A stretch of DNA of 61,826 bases, filler included, from Basidioascus undulatus (taxonomy: Eukaryota), in NCBI GenBank assembly GCA_000826855.1. It is 7 parts of 7 records of this genome, joined end to end, with 100 filler letters (N's around TTAATTAATTAA, not from the genome) between each part and the next. Parts side by side here need not be neighbours in the genome. Positions count along the whole stretch, not along the records: positions 1 to 5,805 come from JTLS01001869.1; positions 5,906 to 32,392 come from JTLS01000187.1; 5 more parts are not named here. One strand, given 5' to 3'. This document shows, piece after piece, positions 1 through 28,082 of the stretch (the stretch's first letter is position 1; every line of letters starts with the position of its first letter). The notes beneath the pieces are model-generated. The model did not search any database and had not been told where the DNA came from. It saw only the letters and a program-made list of their open reading frames with translations. Position numbers and translations under genes: made by a program.

Positions 1-6
1 TTGCAG

Positions 7-760
7 AATGCCTCGCTCCGTTTGTTGCTGTGCTTCTATCGCGTAAGCAGCCTCAAGCAGCTCTGAGTTTTGTAACTGATTGGACATTGAACACCGAACA
101 CCCCTCAAATGTCCCTTCAGCGCCTAGCAAGATCCAACGCAAAGACGGCACGGCGGTCAACATGGAGAACAACCTGGCTTGGAAGGTCGAAGCTCGCATT
201 CTGGAGGTGCTTGATCTGCAAAGAGGTGTTCCTCCTGTACGTTTATTTTCCATGAAGCGCATCATAAAGCGAACGATTTCCCTGACTGACGCGTCCTCGC
301 TTTAGCATGCCGGTCGCCCTCTACAGCGCCTGGTTCAACTCTTAGTCCCTATTCAAAACCCCTTTCATAACTTCAAGCAGATACTAACGGTCATATACAG
401 CTGCAGAACGTTTGTTTCACTCTACTTCAGCGTGCGATCGCGTGCTCTGGCCTCGCTCCTGGTCGCCATCCTCGATGTGCTCGGAAACCTCGCCCTCGGA
501 GTTCTCCTCGACTGGACGCGCCTCTCGAAGCGCATTCGCGCGCGAACGAGCTACCTCCTTTGCCTGGTCATGCACGGCGCCATGTGCATTTGGGGCACGG
601 TTCTCCAGGTGAGCGTCGACGCTGTGGCGAACAGGAGGCGCTCCGGGCTCATTAAGCTTGAGTTGCACAGAACGAGTACCTCCGCCCCAGACTGACGGCC
701 ACGCATTTGCTAGGGGACGGGTGCTCTATCTGTTTTACATGTTGGCCTAGGCGTTTGCGT
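7..760 (+). pseudogene. UNC-93-like/DUF895 MFS membrane protein fragment, frameshifted
   Basis: Spliced reading gives CLAPFVAVLLS|PPSKIQRKDGTAV...WKVEAR, then a frame change near 195-200 to FWRCLICKEVFLL|MPVALYSAWFNSY|...YFSVRSRALASLLVAILDVLGNLALGVLLDWTRLSKRIRAR. These match fungal DUF895 motifs. Similarity decays after about 712, with an in-frame TAG. Confidence 0.65.
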
Positions 761-1789
761 CCACCTACCCAGAAATTGGGACCGTTGGCTGACTGCGACG
801 TTCCGTTGCGTTGATCCAGGTACTACACCCTTCAAAACCAGGTACATCAGACCACTTCCTCTTTTCCTTGTTCTCACTGAAGCTGATCTCTCTTCACAGT
901 TGTAGTGAATCATAGCCAATCTCACGATAGACCTCAAAAATACTGTCCGGCTCGCCGGGCTTCTCCGTGGCATCGAGAGTTTGGGTGAGCTGCTCTCTCA
1001 GGTCTCGAACACAGACCACGCCAGAAACTGAGCGACTACCTGTCTATAAAGGTGCCGGTGGTGTATATGCCCTCAGCACTAACGACAGCATCTCCCCTTT
1101 GGGTGTTCTGGGCACGAACTTCGTGCTGTGGTTCGTGGTAAGTCGTTGGCATTTTGTGATCTCCATTTGCAAATTCAGTGCACTCACACCCTGTACACAG
1201 ACTGTGATCCCTGGATATGTCTCTGTAACACTCAGTCGGCAAGTCAAGTTCCTTGCTGGTGGCACCGGTATGAAACTGACAACAGCGATGCGCGGTGACA
1301 GGTTCGCTGCCGGAGCAGCATCAGATGGAAGCTTAGGTAAATAGAGGCTGATACGGGGTTCCCACAGAGCGATGTACATTATAAGGTTTCTATACGGGTA
1401 GTTTGTGTTGTCGGTGTTGCTCGCATGTAAATGGTAGACCGCATTGCGAAAAAGATTGCGGAAATACGAAGACATCATTAATCATAATCGGTTTGTGCTG
1501 AGCCACAGAGTAAAGAAGTGGCTTAAGACTGAAGTCGAATAGGTTACTTGCTGTTCTACTTTCTGCTCCGAGTTAGTAGAGAAGACAGCACACATCTACG
1601 CTGTCCACCATCCATCGGTGTTAGTAGTACTCGGGGCCAAGACAACCGCATCATAAATTGATCGAGCCGATGGATCTAAACAATAAGTCGGACCTGGTTG
1701 CACGCAGAGTAATGGCTGTTCTAGCCATTCGCCAGACTAATGAGGTATCGAGAACACGAACAAACACTTAAAGGGCAAAGGTATGCATA

Positions 1790-2600
1790 TGCAACGTCCC
1801 GACGGATGCCCAGTAGGCCGTTCAGGAGCACGACGCACTCCTCCGCTGAGAATACGCAGAAGTCAGCGACGTAATCTCGACAGTGTGAAATACAAGAGCA
1901 AACACACCAACTCCCCATCCTAGGCTGTTCCGGACAATCCACTTGCTCGATGCCTGTAAAAGGCTCCGCAGCTGGCGGCTCACGCAAGCACTTCCGACAG
2001 ATGCTCCGGCGTGCTCTCGCCAATGGCGCGCAAAAAAGGAAGTGGCGACTGATATAACGAGTCGTCGTGAGTTACGACGCCAATTGAAGGTGGGAAAACA
2101 CGTACATCAAAATCGCGGGTGTCGGAAAATGCGGGAAGAGGGGCAGCGCTGGTATCAGCCGAGGTGAGACAGTAGTATGTCCAGACCATGAGCTAGACAG
2201 CAACGAGGGGGGAAGATGGTCAGCGCATGGAGGACGCTTGTACTTGACAAGAGACGCATACCGTTGAGAGACAGACGGGCCAAGGTATTATGAATGCAAC
2301 TGCGTCCGGAGCGTCGAAGACCTCCGCAAGATAACGCGCCGCGTGCCAGGTTGCCAAAGGCCCGTCGTCCTCCTTGACCCAGCTTTTCAGCTTTCGATGC
2401 GAGATGTCGTACTGGCGCGGGCCGACACGGCAGCTGGATACGGCACCTTTACCGGCGAAGCTCTGCAGTGCTGCGCAGGTCGTGAGCGACATGGAACAGG
2501 AGGCGGATGAGAACCGAACAGGATGCAACTTACAAGTCCGACAGAAGAGCAAGAATGAGAGGAGAAGATGGTCTCGAAAGAATGGGGAGTCGTCGAATTG
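1790..2600 (-). pseudogene. C-terminal remnant of a fungal-specific (C2H2-associated) transcription factor
   Basis: Minus-strand ORF contains LQSFAG...V...YDISHRKLKSWVKE...ATWHAARYL...FIIPWPVCLSTVCV, and later EECVVLLNGLL, resembling the tail of fungal TF middle-homology domains. No DNA-binding domain or 5' part is present. Confidence 0.45.
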
Positions 2601-2715
2601 GTCGTTCGGCCGCTGACCGGGTCGCCCGTTGCACGGGCCGCTCGCCCACGGCAAGTCAAGTAAGTGAGCGCAACGACTCGTACGCGCGCAGTAGAGTGGG
2701 TTTCCAATCCTTCCC

Positions 2716-3047
2716 ATGTCCATGGTCGCGGGCGCAACCGCGGTCGAGCACATTTTCACTCCCTCCGCCATGACTTCGCTCAATGCTCGGCGACACTCCG
2801 CGCCTCCCTCACCGACCTCTTCGCGCCGCGGTCCGCACCGTCCAAGATCACCGGTCTCGGGAGCATCAACCAGCTGCACTCCACCCTATCCGGAAAGTCT
2901 GGAACGGCTGCCCTCGACCTGATGTTCTTCGACCTGCTCGAGTGCGGTTACTGGATCGCGCAGCGGGGGCTCATTTCGCTCAGCTTCGCTGTGCAGGAGT
3001 CAGACGTTGTGATCGAGGCGCGCAGGGAGGTGTTCGGCAGTATGTAG
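2716..3047 (+). pseudogene. C-terminal fragment of a class-III PLP aminotransferase (glutamate-1-semialdehyde aminomutase-like), frameshifted
   Basis: SMVAGATAVEHIFTPSAMTSLNA (ORF 2716) continues after frameshifts at about 2785-2800 as LRASLTDLF...KITGLGSINQLH...DLMFFDLLECGYWIAQRGLISLSFAVQESDV (ORF 2664). The PLP-lysine region and N-terminus are absent. Confidence 0.7.
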
Positions 3048-3800
3048 AGAGGGGGTGGTTATGCCATTTATTCTCAAGGGTACTTTGCCCGTTCAGGGAC
3101 TGACAGGGCGGCGCTTGCTTGAATGCGTGACCGGTCATAGACTGCAGAACACTTAGAAAGCTGCTTCGGTTCGACTTCATCTAGGTGGGTTTATGATACC
3201 AGCCAGACAAGTTGGAATCCACCATGGAAATCAGCAAAATGACCATCGAGAGTACGGCCGGAGTTCTTTGAGAGAGCTTCGTCGACACGCTCGGGTACAT
3301 GCAAGTTAGACGTCAGATACATGAAAGCATGAATGTGCTTGATGAGTTTTATTGCCCTTCTACTAAAAATGCCGCGAGATAAAAGAAACTGCAGAGTTGC
3401 ATAAGAGATGGGAAACGAAGTAAAAGCATGCGACAAGTGTGCGATGTGCCGAACGGCAGTGCAAGCGGGAAACGAAGGAAACGGTTGAAAAGAGGGGATC
3501 GTGCTCGGGGGAGGAGGGCAGGGTGTTCGGATGGTGCAAGGGATAAATGGCAAAGCAAGAACCAAAGTGAAAGTGACATGGAAAGATGCACGGGAATAAG
3601 CTGGGCTGTGTGGGGGAGGATACTGTGAATCTGTGTTCGACAGGGTCAAGATATGAGAAAACGCCTACTCAGTAAGAATGACCAGCTTAGTCCTTCTTGA
3701 ATTTGAGGAGGATCTTCTTGGGTCTGGACATGGGATAGTCCGGTTAGCGGTCTGTATAGCTCGCTGACGTATAGGTCGCTGAACTTCGCAATTGATCGAC

Positions 3801-4532
3801 TCACTTCTTCTCCTTCCTCTCCTTCTTCTTCTCCTCCTCCTCGAAGTCCTCGAGATGCGTGCGGTCGAACTTCTCCTGCTGGAACTCGAAGTCGACGACG
3901 ACGTCGTTTTCGATGTTGATGCCCTCCTTGGGCGCGAGGGGGCTGGCACGGCGGCTGTGCTTCCGGTTCTTTTTGTTGTTGTGGTGCTGGCGGTGGGGGA
4001 AGTAAGGCACGTCGTCTCCGCCGCCCTTTCCGAGCTTCTTGTGCTTGAACTCCTCGAGCTGGAAATCGAGGTTCGTGTCGACGCTGTTGTCGATGTTGAT
4101 CGGGCTCTCCTCGGCCCCACGACGGCCGTGCTTCTTCTTGCCCGCCTTGTTGTGGTGCTGGTGGTGAGGGAAGTAGGGGACATCGTCGTCGCCGTCCTTG
4201 CCGCCGATGTGGTGTTTCTCGAACTTCTCCTGCTGGAACTCGAAGTCGACGACGACGTCGTTCTCGATGTTGATGCCCTCCTTGGGCGCGAGGGGGCTGG
4301 CACGGCGGCTGTGCTTCCGGTTCTTGTTGTTGTTGTGGTGCTGGCGGTGAGGGAAGTACGGGATGTCGTCGTCGCCGCCCTTGCCGCCGAGCTTCTTGTG
4401 CTTGTACTCCTGGAGCTGGAAATCGAGGTTCGTGTCGACGCTGTTGTCGATGTTGATCGGGCTCTCCTGCTGCGCAGCCAGGGCGACGGTGGCTGCGACG
4501 GCGAGTACGAGGGGGAAGACGACAGTGCGCAT
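3801..4532 (-). CDS. Secreted His-rich tandem-repeat protein with dibasic processing sites (Kex2-processed repeat protein candidate), 243 aa, intronless
   Basis: ATG at 4532 in ACAATG context; signal peptide MRTVVFPLVLAVAATVALA; four homologous units A-B-A'-B', the first three ending in RKHSRR, KKHGRR and RKHSRR; strong C/G3 codon bias. Confidence 0.85.
   Translation of the reverse strand: MRTVVFPLVLAVAATVALAAQQESPINIDNSVDTNLDFQLQEYKHKKLGGKGGDDDIPYFPHRQHHNNNKNRKHSRRASPLAPKEGINIENDVVVDFEFQQEKFEKHHIGGKDGDDDVPYFPHHQHHNKAGKKKHGRRGAEESPINIDNSVDTNLDFQLEEFKHKKLGKGGGDDVPYFPHRQHHNNKKNRKHSRRASPLAPKEGINIENDVVVDFEFQQEKFDRTHLEDFEEEEKKKERKEKK
3870..4470. repeat. Coding tandem duplication, period about 354-357 nt
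   Basis: gccctccttgggcgcgagggggctggcacggcggctgtgcttccggttct occurs at 3921 and 4275. The A and B units each appear twice. Confidence 0.95.
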
Positions 4533-5379
4533 TGTTAAAAGAGAGTGTGTGGGAAATAGTGTGTGTGGTGAAGAGTGTGGGGAGTAAGGAGTAGAAGTAG
4601 CTAGGTAGAGAGAAGGAGGAGCTGATGATGGACTTCGGAGCAGGAGTGCAGCCTGCTCTTTATGCGACAGTGGCCACTGCTGAAATGCATCGAAAGCGGC
4701 TGTTGTGGACGTTCTGGGCAGCTTGGCAACCGAGTCCAATGCCACCCTGAACAACATTAGCAAGCCCCTTGCGGTTCTGGGTCTGAATCACCCTGCCATC
4801 TGCTAGCAAGGGGGCACACAACACAGACACACAGCCAGCAGGGCGGCGAGAAGGGGCAGTCGATGCAGCGAGCCAGCAGAAGCGCCAGGGGCGTCCCGCC
4901 TCGGGTGGCCTGTCGATTTTTTTGGATACGGATCGAGTGATCGGATAGCTGTTTTGACGTTCTGCCCAGCAAGAAGACGGCTCGACGCTCGTTGCTGTCG
5001 TCGTCGAGTGACACGCCCTTGCAATTTTTCCACGCAGCTCTTTGCCATCATTCCTCGACACACACACTACAGGCTAAATAAACAATATCTTTCTGGTTAT
5101 TATATCCCACGACGTACGAAAGATGTCGATTATATCCTTTCGATCGTAACAGGAAGGTGCCTGAGCCAACCCACACAAAGCAATCGGCATGCACACCTAA
5201 ATGCAACTAATAGAGATCCTTGCGTATTTGCGTAACGGTACATCAGAATGAAAGCACGGCAAAGCACATTCGGTCGAAAAGAAAGAAAAAGTCTGAACAA
5301 GGAGGACTATACAGCAGCAGCTAAGGGAGAGGATCATGCGGGAGAAAGAAAGTGTCTTGCGGGCATCGAGATCAGCAAG

Positions 5380-5773
5380 TCAGCGCTGCGCCGACGCCGA
5401 CGAGCCCGCTCCCGTCTTGACGGCCGCGAGGCGCACGACGAGCGCGAGTAGGGCGGTGTTCTCGCTCGAAGCGTAGAAGGTTGTCACGTCGAGACACATC
5501 TTCTCGCCCATCCAACCGCTCATCAGCCCCACCGATCAAAGAAAACCTACCGCGTGGGATTTGTTATTGGGAGCGTCCACACACCTTGGACTGCCGATTG
5601 AAAGCATGCTCAAACTTCTGGAGCTCGGACCAGATCTTGTCGAGGCGCTCGCTGGGCTCCTCGCCGCGCGCGCGCGCCGCGTCGATCGTCGCGCCCAGCT
5701 CGGTCACCGTCTTTGTGAACTGCGACGAGTATAGCGTGAAGGTCGTTATGGTCTTCATGATCTTTTCGAAGTT
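5380..5773 (-). CDS. SPC97: Gamma-tubulin complex component GCP2/Spc97, last two exons (5' lost at contig end)
   Basis: Spliced: NFEKIMKTITTFTLYSSQFTK...LQKFEHAFNRQSK|MCLDVTTFYASSENTALLALVVRLAAVK...*. FYASSENxxLLxLVVRL resembles the basidiomycete GCP2 C-terminus. Confidence 0.7.
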
Positions 5774-5805
5774 CTGTGCGCGTGCGCCGGGGGTCAGCGG
5801 TGGCG

Positions 5806-5905
5806 NNNNNNNNNNNNNNNNNNNNNNNNNNNNNNNNNNNNNNNNNNNNTTAATTAATTAANNNNNNNNNNNNNNNNNNNNNNNNNNNNNNNNNNNNNNN
5901 NNNNN
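5806..5905. other. Artificial contig spacer (N44-TTAATTAATTAA-N44)
   Basis: Exactly 100 nt with a six-frame stop linker. Identical spacers at 32393, 38297, 44198, 50076 and 55952. Confidence 0.99.
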
Positions 5906-5956
5906 CATGAATACCCCACCCAGTCCAACCCCTGACAACTGTCACCCTTGTCACTT

Positions 5957-6024
5957 CCCCTGTCACATTCCCGGCCTCCCCTGTTGCACTCTCGCCCTCC
6001 CCAGTCACACTCCCGCCCTCCCCC
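5957..6024. repeat. Imperfect 21-nt tandem repeat (3 units)
   Basis: cccctgtcacattcccggcct / cccctgttgcactctcgccct / ccccagtcacactcccgccct. Confidence 0.8.
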
Positions 6025-8304
6025 GCCTCTTGGCAACACAGCCCTTCTGGTAGCTATAAGAGCGCCCACTTACCCTCTACTTGCTCCCCATCTGGTCTTG
6101 CTCTCCCACTCCCGCCCTAGCCCTAGTCTTCGCCCTAGCCCTACCTCGCCGCATAATCTATCCCTGACACCATAGAGCCCCGTCAGCTGGTAGCCCCCGC
6201 TGTGGTCTGCCCCGCCCAGTCGAATTCTTGACAACAGCCCCGAAACACACGCTTCCAGAGGGAACTGCCTCGCAATTTCGGCTCCCTGTGGTGCAGCAGT
6301 CGCTTGCGTTAGGTGTGTGTGGTTTACTTCGGTTTATATAACTCATATGGTATCAGGCTCACCAAATGATTACTGCGCCTGATATTGTGCTGTGCAAGTC
6401 AATTTCAGATGGCAAAGTGCGGCCTTCAGAAATATTACTCACTCGAGTATTGGATCTCAGTTTCCTCAAGGATCTCAAATCATCTGCTGCTTCAGTGATC
6501 TGGCCCTTCAGTTGTCCGGGACTTGGTAATACTTTCACCTATGTAAGCTGTACATGTTTGAGCTGAACAGACTGCCTTCCAAGTCTGTGCACTCTTCCTG
6601 GACCAACTTTTGCAGAAAGGACATGAACAGGCACCTTTTCATGCATATATTCAGAATCATTGGAGTTACAGATACTTCTAGTCAACTGGTAAATACTCTT
6701 ACAATGTACATTTGCTTCAATGTCTTGCCTGGATATCAAGGGTGTCAAAGATCCCAGCAAGAAGGCAGTTCCAGGCGTCCCTTGGTCATCAGTGAAATTT
6801 TACTTTTCATGTTTTCAGGACATGAAATTTTGGCCTTGTTCAGACAGTGGAGAGTCTGAAATTGAGGCTGACAATGGATTGGGATTGAGCCTGTAGCTTA
6901 TCACGGTGCAGTCTGCTAGGTGTGGCAATGAGCAAGTGACATGACTCTGCGGTTAAAGACACAGGAAGAGCACAGTAGGGCTCTGCTCTGACCAGCATTG
7001 TACAATTTGGGATCATGAGACTCTATGGGTGTGGCTATGCTGTGTGCTGACCTGGGTGGGCCTGACCAGCTTGGACCATGCTAATTGGAAGTGTAATAAC
7101 AAGGGATGTATGTCCAAACTATCAGTGTATGGCTAAAATATGTTTGGATGTGACACACTGGCTGGGTGTTGGTTGCTGCATCGGGATAGCAAACATGGCA
7201 GCGACAGGTGAGCCTGTATAAAAGTAAAGATTTTCTCCAAGACATAGATGTCACAGGGAAAAAACAAAACTCATCAAGTCATGAAGTCATAATGCCTTGA
7301 CTGCATGATATTTTAGCTGACAAAGACATGCTTCATGGATGGGTTCAATGTGAGCTTGTTGCAATAGTCCTCTGGGCCAGTCAACCGTGAGGCAGCCACA
7401 AGTGAAAATGTACTTCAATTGTACCATACTAACTTACTCATCAGACACTGGAAAGGTGTGATTTCAGTTGGACAGCAGGACTCTGGGCATGGATTAGCAC
7501 CAGGTAGTGTGAGATGTGAGACAATGGAGCAGTACAGCCAGTGAGTATGACTGGCCTGGATTATTTGATTCTCTGCCATGAAACGAAGGGGGGTTTTTTT
7601 TTCCCTTTAACATGGCAAACGAACAGGATGAGGCAGAGTCAAACTGGTTAGGCAAGTGCTGATCACCAAGACAAACTGAACCAGTAGCTATATATTAAAG
7701 GCACACTGACTAGACTGAGACAAATTCCTGGTCCTGAATGCCCGACTGGATTGTGAGACCATGGCATTGCATCCTGTGGAACGACCGGTGTCGGCCAGTG
7801 CATCCGTCCACACAGGACTTCGCAAGGTGTTGACATCAGAGAGGCACTTGATGGTAATCTCTCATAAAGTTCATGTTTCTGAAATATTAACTAGTAAAGG
7901 GCTTACTAGTATGCCAACATATCACTGGATGTCAAGAGTGGCGTTGAAGCTTGATGTGTACGGGTGAATATCTTCACTTTGGCAAGGCATTCATGGGACA
8001 AGCTCTGACGGGTGCCCTCTATTACAAAGAATAGGTACTGTCAGTGGATGCAAGATGTTTGCAACAGTTTTTCAGCGTCCGCACTGGATGTCAAGAGCAG
8101 TGTAACAGCCTGATGTGGAGGATGAAAAACTTCATTATTGTAAGATGTCACGAGACAAGACCTAATAATACCTCTCTTACACTGCATATGTTAGACTTGG
8201 CTCTTAGGAGTTGGTTCAACGGGTATCGAGCCGCATTTAGGCCTTCGCACCGGATATCAAGCGTCGTGTTGAATATTCAATAAGGGACAACAAAGTTTTG
8301 TATT

Positions 8305-8401
8305 GGCGCTTTGGCGGAGTGGTTAACGCGCTGCCCTGCTAATTCTACCAATTGTTAGGCAGTTCCCTCTGGGAGCGTGTGTTCGAATCACACAGGCGTC
8401 G
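8305..8401 (+). tRNA. tRNA-Ser(GCT) with 15-nt intron (8342-8356)
   Basis: Acceptor stem GGCGCTT/AGGCGTC; D arm TGGCGGAGTGGTTAACGCG; anticodon stem CTGCC/GGCAG with GCT at 8338-8340; long variable arm TTCCCTCTGGGAG; T arm GTGTGTTCGAATCACAC; discriminator G; T5 Pol III terminator 2 nt downstream. Confidence 0.95.
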
Positions 8402-9389
8402 TCTTTTTGTTCTGCGAAGCCCACGATCACTTTGTGAAGCGGACTAAAGGTGTGATGACCTAAAAGGATACACAGGGGTTTGCTTCTCGTGTTGCTTTTC
8501 GGTAACTAGGGTGTTAGCAGGTATTCCCTTGAATACTCACGGACTGACTGTGCTTCGTCGAAGCGGCCGCTACTGACATATGTGCACACAAAGCCAAGCA
8601 TGAGTTTAAACAAAGGGGTTTTATTTATGCTCAAGACAAAGAACATAAAGCAGGCAAAGCCGTGTTACCCTGCCCACACCGCAGCCTCATCCTCGTCGAG
8701 CCTCGCCCTCTCGCCCTCTCGCGACCTTCGATCTACCGCCAAAATGAGGTAAATCCTTTAGAACTCAGAAGATAAATATACCCTCATGTATAAATGGTCA
8801 CCTCTTTGACTTTCCACAAATGCTTAGACTGGCGACAAGGCACTCGGCCATACTGCCGGCACTGCAGGCTATCGCAGCTGCCGGGGCTCCTGCACCCAGT
8901 GTCACAGTGCCTGTAGTTCTCTATGATCAGTATAAAATACTGAATATGGCAAAAGCTCCTCTCAGTCTCACCGGCTATCAGGCCAGCCGAGCCCATACAG
9001 GCAACCCAACCGGCGTTGCAAAGGATTTGGCACACAGGGTACCCCAATAATCCGAGTAGTCCCGCTTCAGCAAACGCATTGTTGGCTGAGGGTTTGGAGG
9101 AAAGGACAAGGGAGAGTTCAGCGGAGTTTTCATGTTGCCGGAAGTAGAGGCAACGCATCGGAAGACGTTTCATGAGCCACCGGCACACTGCGGCGGAAGA
9201 ACAGACCATCGAAGAACAAATCTAAGAAGACATATAGTATATGGGAGGAGTCTCGTGCGCGTTGGAATGGGAAACAGTCTTCGACGTCTGAGCCTCGCAG
9301 TCGCAGCCCGACCGAGACAGTTGCCGATAGACGCTCTGCGCAAGTCGGCGTGTTTATAACAGAGCACTTTCTGAAAAAGTGCGTGAGAA

Positions 9390-10354
9390 TCACATGCCGT
9401 ACTTCTTGCGACCGCCCCTCTCTATCGGTCCCGGGAACAAGTAATACAGCAAATGGGCGAAGCGATACGGCCACTCCGGGAGCCAAACCATCCTCTCGCC
9501 ATGCTCGATAGCCTTCACCGTCCGCGCTGCGACCTCCTGAGTAGTGAGGACGCTCCCAATATTCTCTCCGCTCCTGGCGGACTCTCCGTCCAGCGCGCGC
9601 GAGCGCAAGCCTGTGTCGACCGTCCCCGGAAGAATCGCGCCGAACGCGATGCCCATGCCGGCGGCGTCGCACTCGATGCGCAGAGATTGCAGGAAGGAGA
9701 GGGAGGCGGCCTTGGTCGCCCCGTACAGAGAGCGGGTGGGTGCGGGGATGAGTGCGGCCGGCGACGAAACGAGGAAGAGCGCGGGAGCAGGGGAGGAGCT
9801 GGCAAGAAGAGGTGCCTGCAGGTTGAAACAGCGTGAATGGTGAGGGGATACGTTACGACGAAAGATATAGAATGCACCAATGCAGTGCACGCCAGTAGCG
9901 GTGCTTGAATGTTGACCGCGATGGCCCGAGCTGCGGCGTCTTCAAACGCCTTCAGACCCTTGGCGTTCTCCTCGGTGTCCCACTCCGCCAGCTCGGCCAC
10001 CGGCTTGACCGTCAGGCCGCCGACGCAGACGATGACAGTGTCTACGCCGCCCCAGCGCTTCTGCACCTCGGCGCGCAGTCGCAGGACGTCCGCCGCATTG
10101 GTGAGGTCGGCGCAGATGAAGTCGGCAGCGCCGGGGTCTGGCGAGCGCGCGACTCGGAGGACTTTTGGCGGAGACGGGAGAAGCGATGCGTAGTAGTCAA
10201 CGAGACCCTTGCCAATCCCCGAGGAAGCGCCGAGGAGGAGCACGCGTTCGGAAGAGCGTGGAAGACGCGCGGAACGACGTGGAGAGGCAGCGAAGTGGCG
10301 GAGGATAAGAGGAATGAAGAAAGCAGCCCCGGCGGCGAGAGCATAGCGGATCAT
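9390..10354 (-). CDS. Short-chain dehydrogenase/reductase with N-terminal membrane anchor (2 exons; intron 9816-9877)
   Basis: VLLLGASSGIGKG cofactor motif, ADLT, GGVDTVIV, catalytic SS...YGATK, and PGTVDT. Confidence 0.9.
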
Positions 10355-10779
10355 ACTGCCAAATGAATGTGATTCAAAGACTGGCCGATGTAGGACAGAA
10401 TGTGAGTGGACAAACGGGTGAGAGTGTCCAAGGTGCAGAGTACGCGACTGGCGCAAGTGCGATGAGATGACGGTGAGCGAAGGTGAGCGTCTAAAGCGGT
10501 CGCGAAGAGAATTTAAGGTGTGGCAGGCTGCGATGAGAAATTGAGAAGGCAGTAATTAGTGGGTGAATGAAGAAGGGGAACCAAGGGGAACTGGGAAGTG
10601 GGAGCGGGACATCGACCGTTGTTAAAGCCTGCCCTGAAGCGGCTGTCGTTTTCCGTTGCACACGTGCGTCGTTGTAAATCATGCAGATGCGAATGCGTGA
10701 TCGTTACAGCATGGAGAATGAGAGATGGAAAGAATATAAAGCGAGAGTTCTAACAGAGCAAAGTAAGAGAAGAAGCGCT

Positions 10780-28082
<17,303 letters not shown>

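Noticed and set aside
900..1400. Possible 2OG/PhyH-type dioxygenase relic
   Set aside because: Only vague, mutually inconsistent motif resemblance; left unidentified.
3665..4538. Long antisense and alternative-frame ORFs over the repeat gene (3792-4538 +, 3665-4303 -), and many over dynein, GCS1 and MetRS
   Set aside because: Shadow ORFs caused by strong GC3 bias; the recognisable proteins are in other frames.
8450..8580. C/D snoRNA candidate (GTGATGA...CTGA) downstream of the tRNA
   Set aside because: No terminal stem and no convincing rRNA guide that I can recognise.
8744..9150. Possible cytochrome c relic (GD...G, CTQCH, NP...GL spacing) or small spliced ORF
   Set aside because: The motifs lie in different frames, the spacing before CxxCH is wrong and the invariant PGTKM is absent, so this is probably chance. 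A translated HMM search would settle it.
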